From an uncultured Pelagibacteraceae bacterium (GTDB lineage: Bacteria; Pseudomonadota; Alphaproteobacteria; Pelagibacterales; Pelagibacteraceae): a DNA stretch of 64,000 bases. This document shows, in pieces, positions 42,103 through 52,570 of the stretch. Location of the stretch: positions 7,175-71,174 of the forward strand of contig CACHHJ010000001.1 of NCBI GenBank assembly GCA_902579585.1. The letters run 5' to 3'. Below the pieces are notes generated by a model. It made no database searches and had not been told where the DNA came from. It was given only the letters and a program-made list of their open reading frames with translations. Within the stretch, counting starts at the first letter, position 1. Every line of letters starts with the position of its first letter. A program made the position numbers and the translations under genes.

Positions 42103-43365
42103 ATGCAAAAGCTTAAAGTAAAAGGTAAAAATATTTTATCTGGAGAAATTAAAATCTCAGGATCAAAAAATGCTACGCTGCCGATACTTGCTGCATCTAT
42201 TTTGAGTGAAAAAAAAATTGATTTAAAAAGAGTTCCAATAGTAAAAGACGTGGTGACTATGTGTCATTTATTAAGGTATATGGGATCAAATATAAAAATT
42301 GATTCCCAAAAAAAATGTATTTCAATACATAATAAAAATAAAAAATTTAAAAATATCGCTCCATATTCATTTGTTAAAACAATGAGAGCTGGAGTAATTG
42401 TTTTAGGTTCTTTACTAGCGAGATTTGGAAAAGCCAAAGTTTCTTTGCCCGGTGGATGTGCGATAGGAACAAGACCAGTTGATATTCATCTTTTTGGTTT
42501 AAAGAAATTAGGAGCCAAAATAAAAATAAAAAATGGTTATATTTTTGCTGAGGCCACACAGGGTTTAACTGGTACACATATCAAATTCCCATCAATATCC
42601 GTTGGTGCCACAGAAAATGTTATTATTGCAGCGAGTTTAGCTAAAGGAATTACATATTTAAAAAATTGTGCTTCCGAACCTGAAATTAAAAATTTGACTG
42701 ATTTTTTAAATAAAATGGGGGCCAAAATTTCCTGGCTAGGAAAAAGGAAAATTAAAATAATAGGATGCAAAAAGTTTAAGCAAGTAAACCACAAAGTAAT
42801 GTTTGATAGAATTGAAGCTGGAACATTTATTATTGCAGGGGCTTTAATAGGAAAAAAATTAAAAATATCAGGTATTCAAAAAAATTTTTTAAAAACAGAA
42901 CTTAAAATTTTAAAAAAAATGGGTGTTAAAATGGAAATTAATAAAGATCATATTAACATGCTCGATTCATCAAAAATAAAACCAGCAAAAATAAAAACAG
43001 AACCTTATCCTGGGTTTCCCACTGATCTACAAGCACAGATGATGGTTTTGATGACAAAAGCTAGAGGAAAATCAGAAATAAAAGAAAATATTTTTGAAAA
43101 CAGGTTTATGCATGTCCCTGAGCTAAATAGAATGGGAGCAAAAATTAATACTTCAGGAAATTTATCCTATATAAATGGTCCTCAAAATTTAAATGGTGCT
43201 GAGGTTATGGCAACCGACCTTCGAGCATCGGTAAGTTTGGTGCTCGCAGGATTAATTGCAAATAATGAAACAATTATAAATAGAGTGTACCACCTTGATA
43301 GAGGATATGAAGATTTAGAAAAAAAACTCAAACACTGCAAAGCAAAGATTTCTAGAATTTTTTAG
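42103..43365 (+). CDS. murA: UDP-N-acetylglucosamine 1-carboxyvinyltransferase
   Basis: SGSKNATLP, LPGGCAIGTRPVDIH, SVGATEN, PGFPTDLQ, DLRAS, HLDRGY. Confidence 0.99.
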   Translation: MQKLKVKGKNILSGEIKISGSKNATLPILAASILSEKKIDLKRVPIVKDVVTMCHLLRYMGSNIKIDSQKKCISIHNKNKKFKNIAPYSFVKTMRAGVIVLGSLLARFGKAKVSLPGGCAIGTRPVDIHLFGLKKLGAKIKIKNGYIFAEATQGLTGTHIKFPSISVGATENVIIAASLAKGITYLKNCASEPEIKNLTDFLNKMGAKISWLGKRKIKIIGCKKFKQVNHKVMFDRIEAGTFIIAGALIGKKLKISGIQKNFLKTELKILKKMGVKMEINKDHINMLDSSKIKPAKIKTEPYPGFPTDLQAQMMVLMTKARGKSEIKENIFENRFMHVPELNRMGAKINTSGNLSYINGPQNLNGAEVMATDLRASVSLVLAGLIANNETIINRVYHLDRGYEDLEKKLKHCKAKISRIF

Positions 43366-43367
43366 TT

Positions 43368-43814
43368 ATGAGTTATAAAAATTTAAGGTTATTAGCAAAC
43401 TCTGAGGAGGATTTAAGAGTTATATCTGCTCATTTACAAGATTCGATAACCCAAGTTAAAAATATTGCACACTTAAAAAAAAATAGAATTTTTTTGATAC
43501 AGTTTAATAGGTTTATGTGGGAAGATATTGAGAAAGGTGTATTTAGAAAAAATAGAAGAATACAGTCAGTTCTTAAATTTGATAATATTCTAGATGTATT
43601 TTCAATGAATATTAATCAAAAAAATAGTGATCGTTTTTTAGACTTTTTAGCAATTGAAACTAAATGCTTGTCTGATAAAAGTTACCAAATAAAACTTAAC
43701 TTTGCAGGTGGAATTTTGATTAAATTAAATGCAGAGATAATAGAATGTTTTTTAGAAGACCAGGGCGACTCATGGGAAACAAAAAATAAACCAAAAAATA
43801 TTTTTAATGATTAA
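43368..43814 (+). CDS. DUF2948 family protein
   Basis: EDLRVISAHLQD, NRFMWE; usual position between murA and hisD. Confidence 0.88.
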   Translation: MSYKNLRLLANSEEDLRVISAHLQDSITQVKNIAHLKKNRIFLIQFNRFMWEDIEKGVFRKNRRIQSVLKFDNILDVFSMNINQKNSDRFLDFLAIETKCLSDKSYQIKLNFAGGILIKLNAEIIECFLEDQGDSWETKNKPKNIFND

Positions 43815-45099
43815 TACATTACTTACTAATTCAAAGAATTTTCAAAAACAGCTCTATAGTTATTTGGATTCAAGGAAACCAAATGATCTTTTAAAATTGA
43901 AGATTGTCAAAGGAATTATATTGGATGTTAAAAAAAACAAAGATCAATCTCTATTAAAGTTTGAAAAGAAGTTTAGTAAATTAAAGAGAATAAATAAAAA
44001 TGATCTAGTTTTTAACAAATCAGAAATAAACAAAATTATTAAAAGATTAGATACAAAAACAAAAAACTCTATTAATATTGCTTTTAAAAGAATTTATAAT
44101 TTTCATAAGAATCAAAAGTTCCAAGATTTTAAAGTTTTAGATAATTTTAAAAATTCTCTTTCTTACAGATCTATGCCCATAGAGAGGGTTGGGGTTTATG
44201 TTCCGGGTGGTATTGCTAATTATCCGAGCTCTGTATTGATGAATTGTATTCCGGCAATTGTTGCAGGAGTTAAAAAAATTTATCTGACTGTTCCTTGTAT
44301 AGGAAAAAAAATTAACCCAGGCGTACTATATGCTGCACAGAAGTGTAAGGTTAAAAAAATTTATAAATTAGGTGGTGCCCAAGCAATTGCTGCTTTTGCA
44401 TATGGAACTCAAACAATAAATAAAGTGGATAAAATTGTGGGTCCTGGTAATGAATACGTAGCTTTAGCGAAAAAAGAAGTTTTTGGACAGGTAGGAATTG
44501 ATATGTTTGCCGGACCTTCTGAAGTTACCATAATAGCAGATAAATATTCTAACCCAGACTGGATAGCTGCTGACTTAATAGCTCAAGCCGAACACGACGA
44601 AATGTCACAATCAATTCTTATTACTGACAGCAAAAAAATAATAATAAAAGTAAAAACGGCTCTAAGATCTCAAATTAAACTTTTGCCCAAAAAAAAAATA
44701 GCTGCAAGAAGTTTGAAAAAATATGGAATAGCTGTTTTAGCGAAGAATTCAAATGAAATTTCAAATATAACAAACAAAATTGCACCTGAGCATTTAGAAA
44801 TACTAACATCTAATCCACAAAAATATTTGAAAAAAATAAATAATGCTGGTTCTGTTTTTTTAGGCAAATATTCGCCCGAAGCTATGGGTGATTATTTAGC
44901 AGGACCAAATCATGTGCTACCCACGTCTGGTACTGCCAAGTTTTCATCTGGTTTATCCGCATATGACTTTTTAAAAAGACAATCTATTATAAAAATATCT
45001 AAATCAGGCATTGAAAGATTGGGTTCTTCAGTTATAAATTTGGCTGAATATGAAAATTTACAAGGGCATGCTAATTCAATAAAAATAAGGATTAAATAA
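43807..45099 (+). CDS. hisD: Histidinol dehydrogenase
   Basis: [45 protein letters not shown]. Confidence 0.98.
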   Translation: MINTLLTNSKNFQKQLYSYLDSRKPNDLLKLKIVKGIILDVKKNKDQSLLKFEKKFSKLKRINKNDLVFNKSEINKIIKRLDTKTKNSINIAFKRIYNFHKNQKFQDFKVLDNFKNSLSYRSMPIERVGVYVPGGIANYPSSVLMNCIPAIVAGVKKIYLTVPCIGKKINPGVLYAAQKCKVKKIYKLGGAQAIAAFAYGTQTINKVDKIVGPGNEYVALAKKEVFGQVGIDMFAGPSEVTIIADKYSNPDWIAADLIAQAEHDEMSQSILITDSKKIIIKVKTALRSQIKLLPKKKIAARSLKKYGIAVLAKNSNEISNITNKIAPEHLEILTSNPQKYLKKINNAGSVFLGKYSPEAMGDYLAGPNHVLPTSGTAKFSSGLSAYDFLKRQSIIKISKSGIERLGSSVINLAEYENLQGHANSIKIRIK

Positions 45100-45109
45100 G
45101 GGTATAAAT

Positions 45110-45325
45110 TTGGTCAAACAGGATAAAATTGAATTTAAAGGAAAAGTAACGGAACTTTTACCAAATGCAATGTTTAGAGTTATGCTAGAAAATAATCATG
45201 AAGTTTTAGCTCATACCGCTGGAAAATTAAGAAAGAATAGAATAAGAGTCTTAGCCGGCGATCAAGTTCTAGTGGAAATGACGCCGTACGACTTAACTAG
45301 AGGTAGGATTACCTTTAGATTTTAG
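45110..45325 (+). CDS. infA: Translation initiation factor IF-1
   Basis: [38 protein letters not shown] start. Confidence 0.98.
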   Translation: MVKQDKIEFKGKVTELLPNAMFRVMLENNHEVLAHTAGKLRKNRIRVLAGDQVLVEMTPYDLTRGRITFRF

Positions 45326-45326
45326 T

Positions 45327-45401
45327 GGCCTTGTAGCTCAGTAGTAGAGCAGTACCCTGAAAAGGTATGTGTCGTTTGTGCGATTCAAACCAAGGCCACC
45401 A
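45327..45401 (+). tRNA. tRNA-Phe (GAA)
   Basis: GGCCTTG/CAAGGCC acceptor stem, GCTC/GAGC D-stem, GTACC-CT-GAA-AA-GGTAT anticodon arm, GTTTG/CAAAC T-stem, ACCA end; atypical D- and T-loops. Confidence 0.93.
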
Positions 45402-45421
45402 CTTAAATTAATTAAAACTAG

Positions 45422-47464
45422 ATGCGTTTAAAATACCGAAAAGAAATAGATGGCCTAAGAGCACTAGCAGTCATACCTGTAATACTTTTTCACGCTGATT
45501 TCAGTCTTTTTGATGGTGGATATATCGGTGTAGATATTTTTTTTGTAATAAGTGGTTATTTAATATCAAGTTTTATTTTTAATGAAATTGAAAGTAACAA
45601 TTTTTCCTTAATAGGATTTTATGAAAGAAGAGCTAGAAGAATTTTACCAGCCCTATATTTAGTTTTTTTGGTAAGTTCAATATTTGTATTGATATTCTTA
45701 TCAAGAAGTGAAATTAATGAATTTTTTAATAGCGTAATTTCAAGTACACTTTTTTTTTCTAATTTTTTCTTTTGGTATTTTGAACCATATTTTTCTAGTA
45801 ATGCAGGTTTAAAACCTCTCATCCATACCTGGAGTTTATCAATAGAAGAACAATTTTATATTTTTTTCCCAATTTTGTTTATTTTGTTAATAAAATTAAG
45901 AAGAAAACAAATTATTTTTTTTTCATTCGTAATTATTTTTTTATTAAGTTTATTTTTAGCAGAATCTTTATCAAAGTCACATGCCTCTGTTAATTTTTAT
46001 TTTACATTTACAAGGATTTGGGAAATAGTCTTGGGTGTAATTATATCAATTTATTTTAAATACTATAAATATAATTTTTCAAAAAATACATCCGAAACTC
46101 TCAGTCTAATAGGATTATTATCTATTTTATACTCAATATTCTTTTTTTCTAAAGAAACACCGTTTCCAAGTTTATATGCATTAATTCCAACCGTCGGTAC
46201 CGGAATGATAATTATTTTTGCAAATAATAATACATTTACAAACAAAATTTTATCACTAAAAATTTTCGTTGGTTTCGGTCTAATAAGTTATAGTTTATAT
46301 TTATGGCATCAACCATTATTAGCTTTTAGTAAAAATTATTATGGAAGCATAACTCTATCACAAAAATTTCTTATTATTTTTATATCGGTTATTATTTCTT
46401 ATTTTTCTTGGAAATATATTGAGAAATTTTTTAGAGATAGATCAAAGTTATCCAAAAAAAGTATATTTTATCTGAGTTCTTTCATGGCCTTATTTTTTAT
46501 TCTTCTGAGTTCTTTAACAGGAAACTTCTTTAGTCCAAAATCAAAAGGTAGTTCAGAGTATAAATTAGCAAATTTTATAATCAATAACGAAAAATTCTAC
46601 ATAAAAAATTTAAATCATAGAATGTTTAATAAATACAGAATTTATCTAGAACAAAAAAATCCTGATACTTTAGTTGTCGGTTCATCAAGAGTAAATACTT
46701 TAGGAGAGGACATATTTTTAAACAAAAAAGTTTTGAATCTATTTGTTGAAAGTGCGACAATTGAAGATCACATAACTATGACAACAATGGCACTAGAAAA
46801 ATTTAAACCTAGTACAATTATATTAGCCGCAGAACCATGGTTATTTAATGAAAATTATAGTGACTGGAGAAAAAGTAGTAGATGGAAAATTTATAAGGAA
46901 GAATATAAAAAATCTATCTCAAAAATAGAAAAATCTGAGAATAGTATTGAAATACTTGATCATAAATTTGTTAAAAAAGAATTAAGTTTGTATGAAAAGT
47001 TCCTAGAAAATTTATATGTAAAAATAAATGTTAATTCTAATGAAAGCTTAAAACCAAACAAAAAATCACAATCCGTTCTTTATGAGATCGGAAAAGATGG
47101 AAAAGCAAAATGGTTTAGTGAAAAAAAAGAAATAAGACCGACAGTTATAAATCATTTTATAGACCCTTATAAAAAATCATCAAAAAAATATGAATTATAT
47201 GAGAAATTTATAAAATATTTAAAAAATCAAAATATTGAGATAATCTTGTTTTTAACTCCTTATGAAAACAACTCTTACGACTTGACGATAATAAAGAATA
47301 AATTATTAAAAAATATAGAGGAGGATTTTATAGATTTTGTAAATAAAAACTCTATTAAAATACTTGGTTCTTACGATCCACGAAAGGCTGGTTGTCTAAG
47401 CATAGAATTTCATGATTATATTCACCCAAATACAAAATGCACAAATAAAATAGTAAACAGATGA
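45422..47464 (+). CDS. OafA-like O-acyltransferase (AT3) with a C-terminal SGNH-like domain
   Basis: [59 protein letters not shown]-terminal VGSSR and DYIH. Confidence 0.92.
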   Translation: MRLKYRKEIDGLRALAVIPVILFHADFSLFDGGYIGVDIFFVISGYLISSFIFNEIESNNFSLIGFYERRARRILPALYLVFLVSSIFVLIFLSRSEINEFFNSVISSTLFFSNFFFWYFEPYFSSNAGLKPLIHTWSLSIEEQFYIFFPILFILLIKLRRKQIIFFSFVIIFLLSLFLAESLSKSHASVNFYFTFTRIWEIVLGVIISIYFKYYKYNFSKNTSETLSLIGLLSILYSIFFFSKETPFPSLYALIPTVGTGMIIIFANNNTFTNKILSLKIFVGFGLISYSLYLWHQPLLAFSKNYYGSITLSQKFLIIFISVIISYFSWKYIEKFFRDRSKLSKKSIFYLSSFMALFFILLSSLTGNFFSPKSKGSSEYKLANFIINNEKFYIKNLNHRMFNKYRIYLEQKNPDTLVVGSSRVNTLGEDIFLNKKVLNLFVESATIEDHITMTTMALEKFKPSTIILAAEPWLFNENYSDWRKSSRWKIYKEEYKKSISKIEKSENSIEILDHKFVKKELSLYEKFLENLYVKINVNSNESLKPNKKSQSVLYEIGKDGKAKWFSEKKEIRPTVINHFIDPYKKSSKKYELYEKFIKYLKNQNIEIILFLTPYENNSYDLTIIKNKLLKNIEEDFIDFVNKNSIKILGSYDPRKAGCLSIEFHDYIHPNTKCTNKIVNR

Positions 47465-49146
47465 CTAAATTTAAAACTGATATAGAGATAGCTAGAGATG
47501 CAAAAATTAAACCAATAAAGAATGTTTTAAGTAAATTTAGTATTGCAGAAGATCAAAATTCTTTTAGTCTTATGGGAACACATATTGCTAAGCTTAATTT
47601 TAACTATATTGATCGGTTAAAAGAGAAAAATGGCAAACTAGTTCTAGTTACGGCTATAACACCAACCCCAGCGGGTGAGGGAAAGACAACAACATCAGTC
47701 GGGCTAAATGATGGTTTAAATAAAATTGGAAAAAAATCTATAGTTTGTTTAAGAGAACCTAGTTTAGGACCTTCCTTTGGAATGAAAGGCGGTGCAGCTG
47801 GGGGCGGATATGCTCAAGTTGTCCCAATGGAACAAATTAATTTACACTTCACAGGTGATTTTCATGCAATTACTTCAGCACACAATTTATTATCAGCCTT
47901 ATTAGATAATCATATTTATTGGGGTAATAAGCTAAATATTGACCAAGAAAAAATTATTTGGAGGAGAGTAATTGACTTGAATGATCGCGCTTTAAGAAAA
48001 ATAAGAATTAATCTAGAAAAAATTAAAACAAATATACCAAGAGCTGATAGTTTTGATATCACAGTTGCGTCAGAAGTTATGGCAATTTTTTGCCTATCAA
48101 ACAATATAAGAGATTTAGAAAAAAAATTAGGAAATATCACTGTTGCTTATTCAAAAGATAAAAAACCTGTTTACGCAAAAGATCTAAATGCTCATGGGCC
48201 TATGACAGTGCTTCTTAAAGATGCAATAAGGCCTAATGTAGTCCAAACCTTAGAAAATAATCTTGCTATTATTCATGGGGGCCCTTTTGCAAATATTGCT
48301 CATGGATGTAATTCAATTATTGCAACAAAGACTGCTTTAAAATTATCTGAATATGTTATTACTGAAGCTGGTTTTGGAGCAGATCTTGGTGCCGAAAAAT
48401 TTTTAAATATTAAATGCCGTAAAGCGGGTTTAAAACCGAGATGTGTAGTTCTTGTTGCAACAGTAAGAGCTTTAAAAATGCACGGGGGAGTCGAGAAGGA
48501 TGATCTCAAATTAGAAAATCTTGATGCACTAAAAAAAGGTATTCCAAATTTGGAAAAACATATACAAAACATAAAAAAATTTGGTTTGAAAGTAATTGTG
48601 GCGATTAATCATTTTGTTACTGACACGGACAAAGAAATTAAAATAATTAAAGAACAATGTGCCAAGCTCGGCGTAAAAGCAAGTCTTTGTACACATTGGT
48701 TAGAAGGTGGAAAAGGGACAAAAGATTTAGCTAATAACGTAGTCGAAATATGTGAAAATAGTGATATATCAAATTTTAATTATTTATACACTGACAATAC
48801 GCCAATTTTAGAAAAGATAAATATAATTGCGAAAGAAATTTATGATGCAAAAGGTATTGAATTAAATGAGACAATTATTCAACAAGTAAAAAAAATAGAA
48901 GAAGCAGGATTTGGAAAGTTTCCAGTTTGTATTGCTAAAACACAATATAGTTTTTCAACCGATCCAAAATTGAAGGGAGTACCTTCAGGTCATACATTAT
49001 CTATTAGAGAAGTAAGATTATCAAGTGGAGCTGAGTTTGTAGTTGTTGTATGTGGATCAATAATGACAATGCCAGGACTTCCAAAAGTTCCAGCAGCTGA
49101 AAAAATTAAATTAAATAAAAAAGGTGAAATAGATGGTTTATTTTAA
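47461..49146 (+). CDS. fhs: Formate--tetrahydrofolate ligase
   Basis: [50 protein letters not shown]. Confidence 0.98.
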   Translation: MTKFKTDIEIARDAKIKPIKNVLSKFSIAEDQNSFSLMGTHIAKLNFNYIDRLKEKNGKLVLVTAITPTPAGEGKTTTSVGLNDGLNKIGKKSIVCLREPSLGPSFGMKGGAAGGGYAQVVPMEQINLHFTGDFHAITSAHNLLSALLDNHIYWGNKLNIDQEKIIWRRVIDLNDRALRKIRINLEKIKTNIPRADSFDITVASEVMAIFCLSNNIRDLEKKLGNITVAYSKDKKPVYAKDLNAHGPMTVLLKDAIRPNVVQTLENNLAIIHGGPFANIAHGCNSIIATKTALKLSEYVITEAGFGADLGAEKFLNIKCRKAGLKPRCVVLVATVRALKMHGGVEKDDLKLENLDALKKGIPNLEKHIQNIKKFGLKVIVAINHFVTDTDKEIKIIKEQCAKLGVKASLCTHWLEGGKGTKDLANNVVEICENSDISNFNYLYTDNTPILEKINIIAKEIYDAKGIELNETIIQQVKKIEEAGFGKFPVCIAKTQYSFSTDPKLKGVPSGHTLSIREVRLSSGAEFVVVVCGSIMTMPGLPKVPAAEKIKLNKKGEIDGLF

Positions 49147-49148
49147 AA

Positions 49149-50348
49149 CTATTTATTTTTGTACTTAGCAGCTTCTTCCGATCCACCAGTTGCACTCCCC
49201 TTACTGTAAGAGTGAGCACCCATTCCTGCAAGCTGTCCATCTTTAATGATTAAATAAGGATCTCTTATAGGTTTTTTATCAAAGAAACACTCCAGTATTT
49301 CCCTTACTCCTGCAGCATATCTAGCTTGCGCTGACAATGAAGTTCCGGAAGTGTGGGGTGTCATACCGTGGTTTGGCATTGATCTCCAAATGTGATCATT
49401 TGGTGCTGGTTGAGGAAACCATACGTCCCCAGCATACCCACTCAATTGACCAGATTTAAGAGCTTTAGCAATTGCCTCTCTATTACAAATTTTTCCTCTA
49501 GCTGTATTAACAATGTAAGCCCCTTTTTTCATTTTACTTATCAGTTTATCATCAAACAAATTTTCTGTTTCCGGGTGAAGAGGACAATTGATTGTTACTA
49601 CATCACAAACTTTAACTAATGACTCAACCGAGTCATGAAATGTTAAATTAAGCTCTTTCTCAACAGTTTCTGGTAATTTGTGCCTATCAAAATAGTGAAG
49701 ATGAACATCAAAAGGTTTCATTTTTCTAAGCGCATCCAGACCAATACGTCCTGCTGCCACTGTACCTACATGCATACCCTCAACATCATAAGATCTGTGA
49801 ACTGCATCGGCAATATTCCAACCACCCTGATTCACAATATTATGTTGGTTGTGATAATCTCTAACCAAGGATAAAATCATCATTACGATATGCTCTGCTA
49901 CAGATCTTGAATTACAATAAGTAACCTCAACTACGTCAATTTTATTATCCATCGCAGCCTGTAAATCTACATGATCCGATCCAATTCCGGCAGTTATTGC
50001 CATTTTTAACTTCTTTGCAGACTGAATTCTCTCTTTAGTTAAATAATATGGCCAAAAAGGCTGAGATATAACAACATCAGCATCAATCAATTCTTTGTCT
50101 GCTTTGCAGCCTTTAGCGTCTTTGTCTGATGTAACAACTAGTTGATGACCATTGGACTCTAAAAACTTTCGTAATCCTAACTCTCCTGAAACACACCCAA
50201 GCAATTGACCTGGCTTAAAATCTATACCCTTAGGTGTTGGCAATGCCATTCCATCTGGATATTTATCTAGTTTTGGCAAACTTGCTACAGGGTAGCTTTT
50301 TGGCATTCCCCCCTTAGGATCGTCGTATAGGACACAAAGTACTTTCAT
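49149..50348 (-). CDS. fdh: NAD-dependent (metal-independent) formate dehydrogenase
   Basis: LLGCVSGELGLR, ISQPFWP, TAGIGSDHVDL, AAGRIG, NTARG, GDVWFPQPAP, TPHTSG; SD AGGGAG. Confidence 0.97.
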   Translation of the reverse strand: MKVLCVLYDDPKGGMPKSYPVASLPKLDKYPDGMALPTPKGIDFKPGQLLGCVSGELGLRKFLESNGHQLVVTSDKDAKGCKADKELIDADVVISQPFWPYYLTKERIQSAKKLKMAITAGIGSDHVDLQAAMDNKIDVVEVTYCNSRSVAEHIVMMILSLVRDYHNQHNIVNQGGWNIADAVHRSYDVEGMHVGTVAAGRIGLDALRKMKPFDVHLHYFDRHKLPETVEKELNLTFHDSVESLVKVCDVVTINCPLHPETENLFDDKLISKMKKGAYIVNTARGKICNREAIAKALKSGQLSGYAGDVWFPQPAPNDHIWRSMPNHGMTPHTSGTSLSAQARYAAGVREILECFFDKKPIRDPYLIIKDGQLAGMGAHSYSKGSATGGSEEAAKYKNK

Positions 50349-50413
50349 TTCTCCCTTGCAGTTATTTGACTATTATAGCGTCACAAAGTCAAACTTTTCT
50401 TACATTGATTTTT

Positions 50414-50444
50414 CTGGACACGCTGAGGGGTCCCCTGATATATC
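50414..50444 (+). repeat. Direct repeat copy 1 (intergenic, ends 9 nt before the metF ATG)
   Basis: CTGGACACGCTGAGGGGTCCCCTGATATATC; 29/31 identical to 50788-50818. Confidence 0.95.
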
Positions 50445-50453
50445 CCGAGAAAT

Positions 50454-51182
50454 ATGCATTTTTCTTTAGAGATAACAATGAGGACCGACCTGTCAGTTTT
50501 ACCAAAAGTAAAAGATGTTTATATTACTATGCTTCCTGGAAACGATTTTAAAGAGGTTGCAAAAAAAGCAAAAGAGTTAGTCCAATCCGGGTTTAATCCT
50601 GTGCCTCATTTTCCCGCTCGTTCAATCAAAGATTTAAGTCAGCTTAAAGATTACGTTAACATGTGTAAGGATTTTGGCGTAAAACAAGCTTTAGTAATTG
50701 GAGGCAGTGCCGAACCTATCGGTGATTACCATTGTTCTCTTCAACTTTTAGACACAGGTTTGTTTCAGGGTTTTAAGATAGGAATTGCTGGACACCCTGA
50801 GGGGTCACCTGATATATCGGAATCAGACTTAGAAAAAGCGATGAAAGATAAAATGCCTTTTGCAGACTACATAGTAACACAATGGCTTTTGAACCCCGAT
50901 CCAATAAACAAATTTATTTCAAAACAAAGTTTACCAGTCCACGTTGGTATTACAGGTCCTCTCAAATTAACCAGTCTAATAAAATTTGCAAATATTGTGG
51001 GAGCAAAAAATTCAATTAATTTCCTTAAGTCAAATGCGTCTAAAGCATTAGATTTATTAAGACCATCTGACCCGAATGATTTAATAAATAAGATCAAGGG
51101 TTCAACAAATAATTTCCATATTTATACTTTTGGTGGATTAAAAGAAACGAACAGGTGGTTAGAGAATAATAATTATGCCTAA
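50454..51182 (+). CDS. metF: Methylenetetrahydrofolate reductase-like flavoprotein (short MetF)
   Basis: FSLEIT, PVPHFPARS, ALVIGG, IAGHPEG, YIVTQW, FHIYTFGG. Confidence 0.85.
   Translation: MHFSLEITMRTDLSVLPKVKDVYITMLPGNDFKEVAKKAKELVQSGFNPVPHFPARSIKDLSQLKDYVNMCKDFGVKQALVIGGSAEPIGDYHCSLQLLDTGLFQGFKIGIAGHPEGSPDISESDLEKAMKDKMPFADYIVTQWLLNPDPINKFISKQSLPVHVGITGPLKLTSLIKFANIVGAKNSINFLKSNASKALDLLRPSDPNDLINKIKGSTNNFHIYTFGGLKETNRWLENNNYA
50788..50818 (+). repeat. Direct repeat copy 2 (inside metF; encodes (A)GHPEGSPDI(S))
   Basis: CTGGACACCCTGAGGGGTCACCTGATATATC. Confidence 0.95.
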
Positions 51183-52545
51183 AAAGGTACCCAACTCTTA
51201 TAAAGTTGAAAAAGTAAATTACGACAAAGTTAAACACGAAACTTCAGTTGATCAATCAGATAGACAAGTTCCTTATAATTTGAGACAAAGCGGGCCCACG
51301 AAAGTAGAAATGCTTATCTCAACCAGGGTGAGGAAGTCTCCCTATTGGCATTTATCTATGAAAGCTGGATGTTGGAGAGCTACAGTTTATAATCGTATTT
51401 ACCATCCTAGAGGATATGTAAGGCCTGAAAAAGGTGGCGCGATGGTTGAATACAAAGCTATAAAAAATCACGTAACAATGTGGAATGTAGCAGTTGAAAG
51501 ACAAATTCGTGTAAAAGGTCCAGACGCTGAAAAATTTGTAGATTATGTAATCACAAGAGACGCAACAAAAATTTCAACTATGAGAGGCCGTTATGTAATT
51601 CTTTGTAACTACAAGGGTGGTGTTCTAAATGACCCTGTTTTACTAAGAGTTGAAGACGATGAGTTTTGGTTTAGTTTGTCGGACTCTGACATTGGCTTGT
51701 ATCTACAAGGTGTAAATGCTGACAAGAGATTTAATATTGAAGTAGACGAAATTGATTCATGCCCAGTTCAAATTCAAGGCCCAAAATCTAAAGCTTTAAT
51801 GAAAGATTTGGTAGGTAACCAAGTAGATATGGACAATATTCCTTTCTACGGTTTAGCTAAAGCGAAAATAGGTGGAAGAGATTGTGTTATTTCACAATCA
51901 GGATTTTCAGGGGAAGCCGGTTATGAAATTTATTTAAGAAATGCGACTTTGTATGCCGAAGATATGTGGAATTCAGTTCTTAAAGCTGGCAAAAAACATA
52001 AGTTGATGGTCATTGCTCCAGCACATCATAGAAGAATACAAGCTGGAATATTATCTTGGGGCCAAGATTTAGATCATGAGCATAACCCATTTCAATGTAA
52101 TCTTGGTTACCAGGTTTCTCTATCAGGTAAAGGAATATGGAATAAACAAACGGACTATGTAGGCAAACAAGCATTAGAGAAAATGAAAGAACAAATTAAA
52201 AATGGTGAAAAACCCTACAAACTACAACTTGTTGGTTTAGAAATGGGTGGAAAGCCTATCGAAGATTACGCAAACGACTTCTGGTTAATATCAAATGACA
52301 AAGGTGGTAAGCCAGTCGGATTTATAACATCTCCATGGTATCATCCAGAAAAAGGGATAAATATAGCTATGGGCTACGTTCCATTTGAAGGAAATTTAAA
52401 TACTAATGGTTTTCCAATTGGAAATTTTGGGAAAAAATACAAAGTACATTTGCCAAAAAAATACTCAAACAAGCCTGTTAATGCGACAGTTGTGCCAATA
52501 CCATTTACTCAGTCTTACAATAAGAATACTAGAGAAACAAACTAG
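51175..52545 (+). CDS. GcvT/DmdA-like THF-dependent aminomethyltransferase/demethylase, substrate unknown
   Basis: TVYNR, WNVAVERQIRVKGPDA, GGVLNDPVL, SGFSGEAGYEIY, RRIQAGILSWG; overlaps the metF end. Confidence 0.9.
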   Translation: MPKKVPNSYKVEKVNYDKVKHETSVDQSDRQVPYNLRQSGPTKVEMLISTRVRKSPYWHLSMKAGCWRATVYNRIYHPRGYVRPEKGGAMVEYKAIKNHVTMWNVAVERQIRVKGPDAEKFVDYVITRDATKISTMRGRYVILCNYKGGVLNDPVLLRVEDDEFWFSLSDSDIGLYLQGVNADKRFNIEVDEIDSCPVQIQGPKSKALMKDLVGNQVDMDNIPFYGLAKAKIGGRDCVISQSGFSGEAGYEIYLRNATLYAEDMWNSVLKAGKKHKLMVIAPAHHRRIQAGILSWGQDLDHEHNPFQCNLGYQVSLSGKGIWNKQTDYVGKQALEKMKEQIKNGEKPYKLQLVGLEMGGKPIEDYANDFWLISNDKGGKPVGFITSPWYHPEKGINIAMGYVPFEGNLNTNGFPIGNFGKKYKVHLPKKYSNKPVNATVVPIPFTQSYNKNTRETN

Positions 52546-52570
52546 TTTAGAACATTATAATTAAATCTTT

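Noticed and set aside
50349..50453. Possible SAM-II/SAM-V, THF, ZTP or glycine riboswitch before metF or fdh
   Set aside because: No consensus elements recognised by eye, and little room; an Infernal/Rfam scan would be decisive.
50410..50470. Repeat copy 1 read as an N-terminal extension of MetF (SGHAEGSPDIS)
   Set aside because: It is out of frame with the metF ATG and has no evident start codon.
50366..50551. 61-aa ORF across the fdh/metF intergenic region and repeat copy 1
   Set aside because: TTG start, no SD, overlaps metF out of frame, no recognisable motif.
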